A stretch of 64,000 nt of DNA from Candidatus Levyibacteriota bacterium (GCA_016186645.1 JACPLF010000005.1:33257-97256); one strand, 5' to 3'; positions 48,210 through 57,869 are shown, counted from the first letter of the stretch. Numbers and translations are program-made. Notes: a model not told the origin generated them from the sequence alone.

Positions 48210-48554
48210 ATGAAGACTCCTTTGGATCCTCGGCACAAAAGACGACAGAAGATTGTCGAAAACCTATTCAAAATAGATTTTCATAAACAAAGAATAGACG
48301 ACAATGCGAAGACGATATTGTCTCATAAAGATTTTATTGATAAAAAGATAGAATCTGCAGCTCCTGAATTTTCAATTGATAAAATCAACAAAGCAGATCT
48401 TGCGATATTAAGACTTGCGGTTTATGAACTTTTGGTTGAAAAGAAACAACCCCCAAAGGTAATCATTGATGAAGCAATTGAACTGGCAAAGGAATACGGA
48501 GGAGATTCCAGTCCCTCTTTTGTTAATGGAGCGCTGGGAAATATTAAGTTATGA
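48210..48554 (+). CDS. nusB: Transcription antitermination factor NusB-like
   Basis: [10 protein letters not shown]...ILRLAVYEL NusB signature. Confidence 0.7.
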   Translation: MKTPLDPRHKRRQKIVENLFKIDFHKQRIDDNAKTILSHKDFIDKKIESAAPEFSIDKINKADLAILRLAVYELLVEKKQPPKVIIDEAIELAKEYGGDSSPSFVNGALGNIKL

Positions 48555-48581
48555 CCCGTTCGACTAACGCTCAGGGTCATA

Positions 48582-49256
48582 TTGAGTAAAAATCGAAATA
48601 TGAGTTTTCCAAAATTTAAAAATCCTAAACTTTTTGAAGAGGCTTTTACACACAGGTCTTATTTGAATGAAGCAAAACTTAAGGTGACATCCAATGAGCG
48701 TCTTGAATTTTTGGGAGACAGCATTCTTTCTTTTGTAGTTTCTGATCATCTTTTTACTAAATTTCCTGATTTTGAAGAGGGAACTCTTACCAACTTAAGA
48801 TCTCTATTAGTCAATACAAAAAATTTGTCGGAAATCGCAAGAGAACTTAAGATGGGTAAGCTTTTAAAACTCTCCCGCGGAGAAGAAGAATCCAAGGGAC
48901 GGGAAAACGCAACTCTTCTTGAGAATAGCTTTGAAGCCTATATTGGAGCGCTTTTCTTAGATCAAGGAATTGCCTCCGTAGTCAAATTTTTAGAAGATGT
49001 GCTCTTTCCAAGAATACAGAACTTTGTCGCCAAAAAAGCCTTCAAGGATCCTAAAAGCTTGCTTCAGGAAAAAGTGCAAGCTAAAAAACAAAACTCACCC
49101 TTATATAGAGTCTTATGCGAGAGCGGCCCTGCACATGCAAAAACGTTCAAGGTTGGTGTGTACGTTGATGGAAAATTATTGGGAGAAGGATCAGGAAAAT
49201 CCAAACAAATAGCAGAGGAGTCTGCTGCCAGAGTTGCCCTTGAGAGTAAAAGTTAA
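48582..49256 (+). CDS. rnc: Ribonuclease III
   Basis: ERLEFLGDSIL catalytic signature. C-terminal dsRBD. Confidence 0.9.
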   Translation: MSKNRNMSFPKFKNPKLFEEAFTHRSYLNEAKLKVTSNERLEFLGDSILSFVVSDHLFTKFPDFEEGTLTNLRSLLVNTKNLSEIARELKMGKLLKLSRGEEESKGRENATLLENSFEAYIGALFLDQGIASVVKFLEDVLFPRIQNFVAKKAFKDPKSLLQEKVQAKKQNSPLYRVLCESGPAHAKTFKVGVYVDGKLLGEGSGKSKQIAEESAARVALESKS

Positions 49257-49259
49257 AAC

Positions 49260-49268
49260 TGGTATAAT
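49260..49268 (+). promoter_or_regulatory. Extended -10 element TGGTATAAT upstream of rpsP
   Basis: AAAACTGGTATAAT is shared with the rpmF upstream region. Confidence 0.4.
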
Positions 49269-49276
49269 TTAAATCT

Positions 49277-49507
49277 ATGTCAGTTGTAATTAGACTATCA
49301 AAAACGGGAAAACGCGGTGAAGGAAGATATCGTGTCGTTGTAACAGAAAAAAGATATAGACGCGATGGAGAACCAATAGAGACTCTTGGGTGGTACGAAA
49401 AAAGGGAAAAGGAACAGAAAAAGGAAATAGATAAAAAAAGATACGATTATTGGATTTCAAAAGGCGCAAAACCAAGTCCGACCGTTGAAAAAATTATAAA
49501 CCTGTAG
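49277..49507 (+). CDS. rpsP: 30S ribosomal protein S16
   Basis: MSVVIRLSKTGKRGEGRYRVVV matches S16. Confidence 0.85.
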   Translation: MSVVIRLSKTGKRGEGRYRVVVTEKRYRRDGEPIETLGWYEKREKEQKKEIDKKRYDYWISKGAKPSPTVEKIINL

Positions 49508-49544
49508 TGAGCGAAGCCGCGTTTGACGCGGCGAAGCCGAATCT

Positions 49545-49796
49545 ATGAAAAAAGCATTAGAATACATTGTCACTCAAATCGTTGATGACCCCGAGAAGGT
49601 AGAAATTTTTGAAACAGAAGATAACGGCATGATAAATTTCGCTATTTCTGTCGCTCCTTCCGACATGGGTAAGATTATTGGCAAAAATGGTAAGATAATA
49701 AGAGCCATAAGAAATGTTGTTAAAATAGCTGCAATAAAACAAAACAAGAAAATAAATATCGCGCTGACCGAAACCACGTCTTCCCAGCTTCTATGA
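49545..49796 (+). CDS. KH-domain RNA-binding protein (UPF0109)
   Basis: IGKNGKIIRAIRNVV GxxG KH motif. Conserved position between rpsP and trmD. Confidence 0.8.
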   Translation: MKKALEYIVTQIVDDPEKVEIFETEDNGMINFAISVAPSDMGKIIGKNGKIIRAIRNVVKIAAIKQNKKINIALTETTSSQLL

Positions 49797-50566
49797 ATAT
49801 CTCGATCCTGACTCTTTTCCCCGAAATGTTCCAAGGTCCTTTTGACTATTCCATTATAAAAAACGCGAAAGTGCAAAAGAAAGTTGATATTGAATTTATA
49901 AATATTCGGGATTTCGGTATCGGAAAACATAAAGTTGTTGACGATAAACCTTATGGAGGAGGAATTGGTATGATATTAAGAGTTGATGTCCTGGAGAAAG
50001 CAATTTCTGAAACAAAAGACCTGCCCGCCATCAGCTCGCGCCGAAGGCAAGCGCAGGCGGGCAAAAGACCCGCTTCGCCCGCCCAGACCCGGCGAGGCTG
50101 GCCGCGAGGCGAGCTAACGACTAAAGACCAAAGGGTAATTCTTCTAAGTCCCCATGGGAAAACTTTTAATCAGAAAAAAGCCTTGGAGCTTTCCCGCCTC
50201 AAACATCTTATTCTTGTATGCGGACGTTATGAGGGAATTGATGAAAGAGCAAAAGAATTTATAGACGAAGAACTGTCCATTGGAGACTTCGTGGTTACTG
50301 GCGGAGAAATTCCGGCAATGCTGGTCGTAGATGCTGTGGTAAGACTTATTGATGGCGTCCTAAAGAAAGGCGTGACAACTTCGGAGTCTTTTTCGCCAAT
50401 TCTAGAATACCCACAATACACCAAGCCCAATGCTTTCAAAAACTTAGACGTTCCTCCTATTCTCCTCAGCGGAGATCATAAGAAAATAAAAGATTGGAGA
50501 GATAATGAAGCGCTCATTATAACTAATAAACTTCGCCCTGATCTACTTAGCCGGAAAAAATCTTAA
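49793..50566 (+). CDS. trmD: tRNA (guanine37-N1)-methyltransferase TrmD carrying an in-frame GC-rich insertion of about 32 aa
   Basis: FPEMF, DKPYGGG, LVCGRYEGIDER and GGEIPAM motifs. Inserted segment PAISSRRRQAQAGKRPASPAQTRRGWPRGELT is encoded by 50019-50114. Confidence 0.85.
   Translation: MNISILTLFPEMFQGPFDYSIIKNAKVQKKVDIEFINIRDFGIGKHKVVDDKPYGGGIGMILRVDVLEKAISETKDLPAISSRRRQAQAGKRPASPAQTRRGWPRGELTTKDQRVILLSPHGKTFNQKKALELSRLKHLILVCGRYEGIDERAKEFIDEELSIGDFVVTGGEIPAMLVVDAVVRLIDGVLKKGVTTSESFSPILEYPQYTKPNAFKNLDVPPILLSGDHKKIKDWRDNEALIITNKLRPDLLSRKKS
50019..50114. repeat. GC-rich (about 70% GC) palindromic element inserted in frame in trmD
   Basis: Starts ACCTGCCCGCC and contains the inverted repeat TGCCCGCC/GGCGGGCA. 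Related copies at 22838-22912, 23672-23770 and 53704-53777. Confidence 0.6.
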
Positions 50567-51276
50567 AAGGGAGTTGTACTTTCTTGCGCAGAAGAGGTAG
50601 AAATAGGAATTTGTTGGAAAACAGCTACATTCTCAAAGAGACTCAGCTTATTTATTATTTCCAGTCCTTTTTGGGAAATTGGCTGTATAGGTGAATCCTC
50701 TTTGTACTCCGAGGAACCTAAGGGTTTATAGTAAAAAGATATTTTTACACTGGATGCTGCATTTTTTACTTTTATTATGGTTACTTCTGATAGGGGAACT
50801 GTTTTGGCTAAAGTTTCAACAAAACTATTTACTCCTGAAGCATTCGCATTAATCGGTACAAGTAAACTTATTGATGGAAAATCCTCCTGTTTCTTAGTAT
50901 CTTCTAAATCTCCTATTTGGAGCGAAAAATTACCAAGGATGATACCTTTTTTTTGAGATGCAAAGTAAATAGCATTTAAGATTCCGCTAAAATCTTTATT
51001 TAATGGTAACGCAAGGTTCAAAGTCTTAAGTCTTGCATCAAGAGCTTTCTCATCAGTATTTGTAAGCACGTTCAAATTTTCTTTCAATGTTTGGAGCTTC
51101 AAGGATGCTTGTTTGGCTTCTTCCTGCGCTGCTAACAAAAGCCCAAATTGCGGAATCACAAACTGGAAAAAAAGAACAATGCAAGCTAATATAATGACTG
51201 ATGGCAAAATGAAATTTTTGTTGCGTTCAAAAATGAATTTTAAAGATTTAAAATCGGCGTTTATTTTTTCGTTCAT
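50563..51276 (-). CDS. Type IV pilus assembly protein PilO-like
   Basis: N-terminal TM plus coiled-coil. Position after pilM and pilN. Confidence 0.5.
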   Translation of the reverse strand: MNEKINADFKSLKFIFERNKNFILPSVIILACIVLFFQFVIPQFGLLLAAQEEAKQASLKLQTLKENLNVLTNTDEKALDARLKTLNLALPLNKDFSGILNAIYFASQKKGIILGNFSLQIGDLEDTKKQEDFPSISLLVPINANASGVNSFVETLAKTVPLSEVTIIKVKNAASSVKISFYYKPLGSSEYKEDSPIQPISQKGLEIINKLSLFENVAVFQQIPISTSSAQESTTPF

Positions 51277-51278
51277 AT

Positions 51279-51812
51279 TTATAACTCCGCTTCTACTGAA
51301 ACTTGATAAGAATTTTTGCTTTCATCAAAAAGTAAGGTGCTAAGGGTTAAAGATTTTATTATTTCTTTTTTCCTAACCATGTCTGTTAAATTATTTATTA
51401 ATTCCCCAATTGCTGAGAGAGAAGTTGATTGAGCTGTCATAACAACAGCTTTGTCGTCAATTTCCAAATCTTCAATAAATAGTCTGCCGGGTATCTTTGC
51501 CAATAAGGAATTATTCACATAAGACAGATCAATTCTCCTTTGCAGAATCTTTTCAATATTATTTATTCTATTATTCAAAACAAAAAGTTTTGCCTGCCTA
51601 TCCTGAAGCTTCGATATTTTTTCTCTAATTTCATTTTGCTGTGTTCTTACAGAGGAGGGGTTGATAATTTGAATTAGTAAAAACAGGAGAAGAGATAAGC
51701 TGCCAACTCCTATCAAAGACGTGATTGCAATAAAATTAAATCTTTTGACGCGCCTTAATCTTTTTAACGTCTCTTCATCTGCACGCAGTAGAAGGTTTAT
51801 ATTTGTATTCAT
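51279..51812 (-). CDS. Type IV pilus assembly protein PilN-like
   Basis: Short cytoplasmic N-terminus, TM, coiled-coil. Follows pilM with a 4-bp overlap. Confidence 0.55.
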   Translation of the reverse strand: MNTNINLLLRADEETLKRLRRVKRFNFIAITSLIGVGSLSLLLFLLIQIINPSSVRTQQNEIREKISKLQDRQAKLFVLNNRINNIEKILQRRIDLSYVNNSLLAKIPGRLFIEDLEIDDKAVVMTAQSTSLSAIGELINNLTDMVRKKEIIKSLTLSTLLFDESKNSYQVSVEAEL

Positions 51813-52840
51813 ATATCTCTCATTGCTAGCCCTAGTGCAATAGTATAATCAGTTGCGCCGTTGAGTATTTCGGGGGAAATCTGTTGATTTGCAAAAATTT
51901 TCCAAGGATTTGCAATTACTGTCTCTATACCCAAATTCTCTGCGAAAAAAATATCTATGCCTGGAAGCCTTGCGGTCCCTCCGGATAACAACACTTGCTG
52001 AATTATTTCGCCGTCCTTATATTTCTGGGAATAAAAGGCCAGCGCTTTTCTTATTTCCAAAAGAATTGAAGACAGAATTGGCTCTGTAGATTTACCGATT
52101 TTTTTTCCGGCTCCTTCTTTTGTAAAACCGTATGTTTTTTTATACTCTTCTCCTTGAGATGGGGTTAAGCCAAAGTCTGCTTCGATAGATCTACTTATTG
52201 CATTGCCACCTGTTTGTATTGAATAAGTTAAAACCAAAATTCCATCTTTAATTATCGCCAAAGAAGTATTGATTGCGCCAATGCTCACAATTATTGTTGG
52301 GGGGAAATTTGGCGTAACCAAAGCTCGAACAATTGCTAAAGTTTCTGTTTCTATGGAATTTAAATTAAGACCTCCCATCTGAAGTACTTTTTGATATTTG
52401 TTAATAAGATTTGTTGGCGCTCCTACCATCAAAACCTGCATTTTTTCCTCGTTCGTTGGACTTGATGGACGCTTCAAAACGTTCCAGACTAAAGTTATTG
52501 TTGATAGCGCGACTGGAATATGACGCTCTGCTTCCCAATAAATTGCCAAAGATAGCTCTTTGTCCGTGAGGGGCGGCATTTCTATAACCTTTGTATACAC
52601 CTGATTATCAGGGAGAGCAATATTTACACTTTTGCTATTTACTTTCAAATCGTCTACAGTTTTCCCCAAGGCTTGAGCCATTTCACCCTCATCCAGAGGA
52701 GACTCTGAAAGCATGCCCTTTGCAGGCGTCGGTGCAACCTGAAAGGCATCAAGAACGTAGTTATTGTTTTGGCGGGAGAGAGAGATTGCCTTGATTTTTG
52801 TCAAGCCAATATCTAGACCGATAGACTTATTAAATACCAT
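51809..52840 (-). CDS. pilM: Type IV pilus assembly ATPase-fold protein PilM
   Basis: Actin-like ATPase fold GLDIGLTKIKAISL. 343 aa. Confidence 0.8.
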   Translation of the reverse strand: MVFNKSIGLDIGLTKIKAISLSRQNNNYVLDAFQVAPTPAKGMLSESPLDEGEMAQALGKTVDDLKVNSKSVNIALPDNQVYTKVIEMPPLTDKELSLAIYWEAERHIPVALSTITLVWNVLKRPSSPTNEEKMQVLMVGAPTNLINKYQKVLQMGGLNLNSIETETLAIVRALVTPNFPPTIIVSIGAINTSLAIIKDGILVLTYSIQTGGNAISRSIEADFGLTPSQGEEYKKTYGFTKEGAGKKIGKSTEPILSSILLEIRKALAFYSQKYKDGEIIQQVLLSGGTARLPGIDIFFAENLGIETVIANPWKIFANQQISPEILNGATDYTIALGLAMRDI

Positions 52841-52854
52841 ATTTTTTTTGAAAA

Positions 52855-53799
52855 CTAATTGGCCACAAAAAGGCCATACGATAGATAAGGCAGATAAGTC
52901 TGTGAATATCCCTCAAATGCAACTATCTTAATGGTTGACGATCCGGATGTTCCGGTTGAAGTGATCATATATCCCTGAGAAGGCAAAGATGTGCAATTGT
53001 TTCCCGCATGATTACAAGCATATACTCCGACCACAGCGTCTTTATAAATCGGAATCACTCTCATAAAAACAATGTCATTAACTCCTTTTGCAAGATCGCT
53101 GTTTGCTCCTGTTTCCGGTGTCCTATTTCCAAAAGTGAAGTTTGAAATTCCTGTGACGGTAAAACTTCCTGAATCAGCTTGAGTAAAATTGTTTACTGAG
53201 ATTCGTGCGGGACAGCTATCATAGGCATAACGATAAGATTTTATTTCTCCTGTATTTTTATTTCTTAGAATTACTATTGCCTGAATCGCAGCAGGAGCTG
53301 TTGACGTACCGCATGCCTCCTGGGGAGTACCCCAATATAAATGCAGAAAATTGGGAGACAGAGCAGAAGAATAATCCGGGGTACCATCTGCATTATGATT
53401 GACAAACCAAACATCGGCTCCCTCGTCTTTTGGGACAGCATTGCCTCCGTTTATTAAAAAACTGGAGCTTTGAATCTGCGTGAATTGAGTGGCATAACTA
53501 GAGTTATTGCTTGGATTATTTCCCTGTACTGCTATAGGAACAGAACCCTGTATTGCTCGCTCTATTCCTGCTTCTGCGGCAGCCAAAGCTTTTTGAGATT
53601 CTGCTTCTTCGGTTGAAGTCCTAAGGCTCGTAATGCTTCTTGAGGCAAGAGTAAGACCTATAGTTGATGCTATTATAATAACCAGAATAACTATCAAAAG
53701 AATCTGCCCGCCTTGACTCTCGCATCGCGCTCGCCTCGATTCGGCGAAGCGGGGCGAAGCGGGCGGCGAGGCAGGGCTCTTTTCTTTCCGCTCAGACAT
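52855..53799 (-). CDS. Pilin-like secreted protein (divergent N-terminal hydrophobic helix); N-terminus encoded by a GC-rich repeat
   Basis: GQILLIVILVIIIASTIGLTLA helix after a charged leader. No canonical GFTLIE motif. Confidence 0.35.
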   Translation of the reverse strand: MSERKEKSPASPPASPRFAESRRARCESQGGQILLIVILVIIIASTIGLTLASRSITSLRTSTEEAESQKALAAAEAGIERAIQGSVPIAVQGNNPSNNSSYATQFTQIQSSSFLINGGNAVPKDEGADVWFVNHNADGTPDYSSALSPNFLHLYWGTPQEACGTSTAPAAIQAIVILRNKNTGEIKSYRYAYDSCPARISVNNFTQADSGSFTVTGISNFTFGNRTPETGANSDLAKGVNDIVFMRVIPIYKDAVVGVYACNHAGNNCTSLPSQGYMITSTGTSGSSTIKIVAFEGYSQTYLPYLSYGLFVAN

Positions 53800-53908
53800 A
53801 CATATTTAGCATAACAAGTGCTTTATATTATTGTCAACCTCATGGTTCTTGCCCCGTAACATCGCCCTTGCGACGCGTGCACGTAGAGCACGGGAGCAAG
53901 TAAGATTG

Positions 53909-55342
53909 TTATGGGGCTACGTTCTGCCAGGCTCTTGGGATATATCCGGACAAAGAAGGATAATGAAGCATGAAATCAGGTCTTTCAATAAAGCTGACAG
54001 AAGGGTAGGAAGAGTTGTTTGCGCAAAGGGTTCTGTTGTTTATGAAAGTTCCGGTTGGCCCGCCGATTCCTCTTCCCGCATTTGCAACAACTGTACCTGC
54101 AATGTTAAGCCTTAGATCAACAGTCGGACAGGAATTTGCGCCATCAGCTATGAAATTAACATCTGCGGAATAAAGTCCTTGTATTGTTGGGTTTGCTGAA
54201 GAAGCCTGCTCTCCAATACTTCTATCAACAGTTATGTTTCCTTTAGCTGAAAATATAACAGTAGAAGTATTGGGAACTGAAATTTTTTCATTGATATTTA
54301 AATTTCCATTTATTAAAATTACATAGTTTTGGTTTGGGGGAAAGGCATATCCGCTGCCATTAAGATTAAGATCGCTGTTTATCCAATAAACTCCATGTTC
54401 AACATTTGCGTTCCAAGCGCAATTAAAAGCATCTCCATTACTGCAAAGACTCTCTGCTCCTTTTTTGGCAATTGCAGATGCATTCACGGTATCTAGTAAG
54501 AATCTGTAGGAAGTGTAAATCAGATTATGGGTATCTGTAAAAACATCAGGATATGAAAAACTCCCAACTTGCCAGTTAAATGGATTGGGGCTTGCTTGTC
54601 CATTCCCAAAGAAAGGAGCAGTTTTCCCTGAGAATATTACACCTGGCATTCCGCCAGTGCCGGGAATTGAAGCGTATTTCCCTGAAGGCAGAATATTTGT
54701 AAATCCTGCGTCCCATCTCATGTCAGAACCTGCGGACTGGAACCAGGCAGAAGCAAGATTTGTCACTCCGCTATTTAGATTAATAATGTTCCCGCTGGAA
54801 CAGCTTGCCTCACTTGTTATGGGGACAGAACACCCTGCTCCGACATTAACAATAAGGGAGTTTCCTGGAGTTGTCGGATATGTGAAGCTATATCCTGCAG
54901 GCAGTCCTGAATAAGTAATTGCATACTGGCCCGAAGGAAGACTGTTAAAAGAATAATTTCCTGTCCCAACAGGACTTGAATAAGAGCCTGAAGCAGGAAG
55001 CCTGGTTATTGCAATAGCGCCTGTGTAATTGGAGTCTCCAATGCTTTTTGTATCGCTATTGACATCATTGAAAATCTTTCCTGATATGGAATAAGTGGGG
55101 ATAGGGGTTGGAGTGGGAGTTGAGGTTGGAGCCGGGGTGGGAATGGCGCAGGAACAGGAACCTGTGATAATGCAATTAGTATTCTGCATAGAGTTACTGC
55201 CGTTTGGCTGGCAGCTGAGATCTACGCTTGCTGCGCAAAAGGTAGAGGTGTTTGAGAGGGAAAAAACACTACAGGAAGGACCATTATAGAAATTCAGAGT
55301 GCATGAATAACTGTTGCATCCTGCCGCAGGGGGGAAGGACAA
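53909..55342 (-). CDS. Secreted Cys-rich protein with PT linker and SdrD-B/Cna-B-like domain (adhesin-like)
   Basis: PTPAPTSTPTPTPIPT linker. SGKIFNDVNSD motif. Confidence 0.4.
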   Translation of the reverse strand: MSFPPAAGCNSYSCTLNFYNGPSCSVFSLSNTSTFCAASVDLSCQPNGSNSMQNTNCIITGSCSCAIPTPAPTSTPTPTPIPTYSISGKIFNDVNSDTKSIGDSNYTGAIAITRLPASGSYSSPVGTGNYSFNSLPSGQYAITYSGLPAGYSFTYPTTPGNSLIVNVGAGCSVPITSEASCSSGNIINLNSGVTNLASAWFQSAGSDMRWDAGFTNILPSGKYASIPGTGGMPGVIFSGKTAPFFGNGQASPNPFNWQVGSFSYPDVFTDTHNLIYTSYRFLLDTVNASAIAKKGAESLCSNGDAFNCAWNANVEHGVYWINSDLNLNGSGYAFPPNQNYVILINGNLNINEKISVPNTSTVIFSAKGNITVDRSIGEQASSANPTIQGLYSADVNFIADGANSCPTVDLRLNIAGTVVANAGRGIGGPTGTFINNRTLCANNSSYPSVSFIERPDFMLHYPSLSGYIPRAWQNVAP

Positions 55343-56007
55343 TAAATAGAATAGTTAACAGTTGCATCCGAAATCATAAGACGATTGGCAGGATTAGCGC
55401 TGGTAACTGTGCAGCCGGCAGGAGGAGATGTAGTAAGTGTTACATTAACTGAGTGCTGATCCGGCCAGATGCGGGGAGTCTGGTAAACCCCAAATGAATC
55501 TGTAATGTAGGGACCTAAAAGATTGTCTGCAGTTACATCCTTTACTAGAATGTGGGCTCCGCTACCATAGTCATCATCGCCTGCATTCCTATCAAATACA
55601 CCATTATTGTCATTATCGTAATATACAGTGCCCTTTATCAGCCAGAGGGTTGGGGTGGGGGTGGGGGTTGGTGTATTAGTCGGGGTTGGAGTGGGGGTGG
55701 GGAGATTATTGCAACAGCGAAATTCATAAAGGGGAGTAATGCCGCGTGGTCGATTTTCACAATAGTCGTATCCTAATCCTCCTTGAGCAATTGGAGTAGT
55801 GCAACATTGAGTGCCTGTAAATCCACCAGATCCAGTACAGTCTTGCTGAAAGAGATTGCTACTGCAAGAAGGCAGACTAGATTGTGTCGCCCACCAAGAA
55901 GTACAAGTCTGAGCAAATATTTTTTGAGGAATTATTAGAACAAAGATAACTACAGAAAGGAAAATTACAAGCGACTTAACTATAGACGAGAATAAATTCT
56001 TTTGCAC
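55294..56007 (-). CDS. Secreted protein with PT linker and SdrD-B-like calcium-binding domain
   Basis: Signal peptide. PTPTPTNTPTPTPTPT linker. GTVYYDNDNNGVFDRNAGDDD motif. Confidence 0.45.
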   Translation of the reverse strand: MQKNLFSSIVKSLVIFLSVVIFVLIIPQKIFAQTCTSWWATQSSLPSCSSNLFQQDCTGSGGFTGTQCCTTPIAQGGLGYDYCENRPRGITPLYEFRCCNNLPTPTPTPTNTPTPTPTPTLWLIKGTVYYDNDNNGVFDRNAGDDDYGSGAHILVKDVTADNLLGPYITDSFGVYQTPRIWPDQHSVNVTLTTSPPAGCTVTSANPANRLMISDATVNYSIYCPSPLRQDATVIHAL

Positions 56008-56026
56008 TAATTAATTGTAGCATGAT

Positions 56027-57052
56027 TTAATTTTTCTGCAAAAGCATGAAGACATGATCTTGTCCCAGAGAATCTTTGGTTGTAAAGAATTGAGGAGTTA
56101 ATAAATATAAAGCTTTATCAGTTATCGTAGCTTCTGGCCCTATTCTTTCTCCCTCGTATGCCTCCACAGACACTCTTACTTGCTGATTATCGTTCTGAGT
56201 TTGTATAAGGGGGGTAGCCCGATCGATCATTGGAAGATCTTTCCATCCCGTATCTCTAAAGTATTGTTTATCATCAAATCGTGGAATATTTATGATTGGT
56301 TCAAATGGGGTCTGGTCTAAAGAAAATATCTTTATTAAGTAAGTTTTGTTAGCTGACTTATCATGGAAAACAATTGCCGCTCCATATGCCTTAGTTGCAT
56401 CCTGTCCAGACTCGGAAGTCCCAAAACCAATAGCTCCGTTGCCATTTACTGGAGATACTATGACTGTGCCTTTTGGCAAAACGAAATCTATATTGTTCTT
56501 GTCATTTTCTGCTTGTGCCTGTTTCTGTAATTCTTCTGTTGGAAGTCTATCAGACAGACTTTTTATATAGCTTGCTGTCGTTCCCTCTGGAAGAATAAAT
56601 GGCAAAATAAGACTAATCGTATTACCTTTTTCAATAATCTGTTCTGGAAATTGACTTTGAACCTCAGACAAATTACCATGATTAATGTTATTTTCTCCAA
56701 TTAATCCTTCGTCTCTGGTATTATCAAATGTATTTGGTACATCTCTTGCAGATACTATTCCCAATAAATTATTTACAGTTCTGTGGACGGCAGGGACTTC
56801 CAATTGGTAAGCAATGCCTCCCGCACTAGCAAGACCCAGTCCTGCGAGAGTCCACCTTAGAGCAAGGTTATTCAGTAGTCTTTGAATCAATGATCGTTTT
56901 GTTTTTTTGGGTTCAGGTTCACCCGAGGGTTCAAGCACTGGTTGAGGCTTGGGAGGAACAATAACTCCAACTCTCTCTTGTGCAGGAGTTGATCTAAAAA
57001 ATATGCCTCGTCTGTGACCACCTTCTGGACCCACCATATCTTTTGCCTCCAT
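56027..57052 (-). CDS. Hypothetical membrane-anchored protein (Pro-rich N-terminus)
   Basis: 341 aa ORF in the pilus-associated operon. Confidence 0.3.
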   Translation of the reverse strand: MEAKDMVGPEGGHRRGIFFRSTPAQERVGVIVPPKPQPVLEPSGEPEPKKTKRSLIQRLLNNLALRWTLAGLGLASAGGIAYQLEVPAVHRTVNNLLGIVSARDVPNTFDNTRDEGLIGENNINHGNLSEVQSQFPEQIIEKGNTISLILPFILPEGTTASYIKSLSDRLPTEELQKQAQAENDKNNIDFVLPKGTVIVSPVNGNGAIGFGTSESGQDATKAYGAAIVFHDKSANKTYLIKIFSLDQTPFEPIINIPRFDDKQYFRDTGWKDLPMIDRATPLIQTQNDNQQVRVSVEAYEGERIGPEATITDKALYLLTPQFFTTKDSLGQDHVFMLLQKN

Positions 57053-57092
57053 TTAAACCGATTGTAATGCTATGCTGCGGGTTTGTCAAATT

Positions 57093-57869
57093 TTAAATTC
57101 CTGTATCAGCGAATTCGGCCGTACAGCTTTTCCAACTGTAAATAGTTGCAGCGCTTTTACCGTGCTGACAGAAGCTAACAATTGAGCCTGCTGTTCCATT
57201 TAGAATAGTAAATGGTCCATACATACTTATTCCTCTTCTTATTCCATCATTCTCTTCCCAAAAATTTTCACAGTAAGTTCTGTCATAAAGAGGCTTACAT
57301 CCCCATTTTCCATTAGGTTGAATAACAAATAATGAACTGGTTGTTGCTTCAGCAGACTGTATGGAAGGCGAAGAAGCTTGTGTTGTAGGAAGTTGGATAT
57401 TAAGTGATGAGATTTCTTCCGGATTTGCAGGTAATATAAATACTGCGCTTATTGTTCCTTCTTTCTTTTCCCAGGATATAGTAAAACTATCTTTAGTAAT
57501 TTTGTCTTGAGTAACTATCATGTCTGATTTTGAAGGAATTAAGGACGCATTAAGAATTTTTGGCAGAAAGTTTGCTAAAGTGTCTTTTGCATTTTTTTCA
57601 AGGGAGATAACAGGAGTTGGTGAAAATACAATATTCTGCTGGTTTAATGAGATATTTTTTGTTTGAGTTGTTTGTCTTGGCAGCCAGCTGAGATATTTGG
57701 GGAATGCGTCTGAGACAGAAAGAATGTTGAAATAGTTAAGTGTTCCGAAGAGTAAAAAGAGAACAATCCCTACAAAAACAATCTCAAAAACTCCTATTTC
57801 CAAAAAAGCAAGAGCTTTAAGATTCCATTTTCGTTTCTCCATTGGGTATCGCAGAGGAGTTTCTTCCAT
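57093..57869 (-). CDS. Hypothetical protein with pilin-like N-terminal hydrophobic segment
   Basis: LAFLEIGVFEIVFVGIVLFLL segment. First gene of the operon. Confidence 0.3.
   Translation of the reverse strand: MEETPLRYPMEKRKWNLKALAFLEIGVFEIVFVGIVLFLLFGTLNYFNILSVSDAFPKYLSWLPRQTTQTKNISLNQQNIVFSPTPVISLEKNAKDTLANFLPKILNASLIPSKSDMIVTQDKITKDSFTISWEKKEGTISAVFILPANPEEISSLNIQLPTTQASSPSIQSAEATTSSLFVIQPNGKWGCKPLYDRTYCENFWEENDGIRRGISMYGPFTILNGTAGSIVSFCQHGKSAATIYSWKSCTAEFADTGI

Noticed and set aside
55095-55776. Gly/Val-rich plus-strand ORFs (64 and 74 aa)
   Set aside because: They are antisense images of the PT-linker repeats (ACC/CCA codon runs) in the minus-strand secreted-protein genes.
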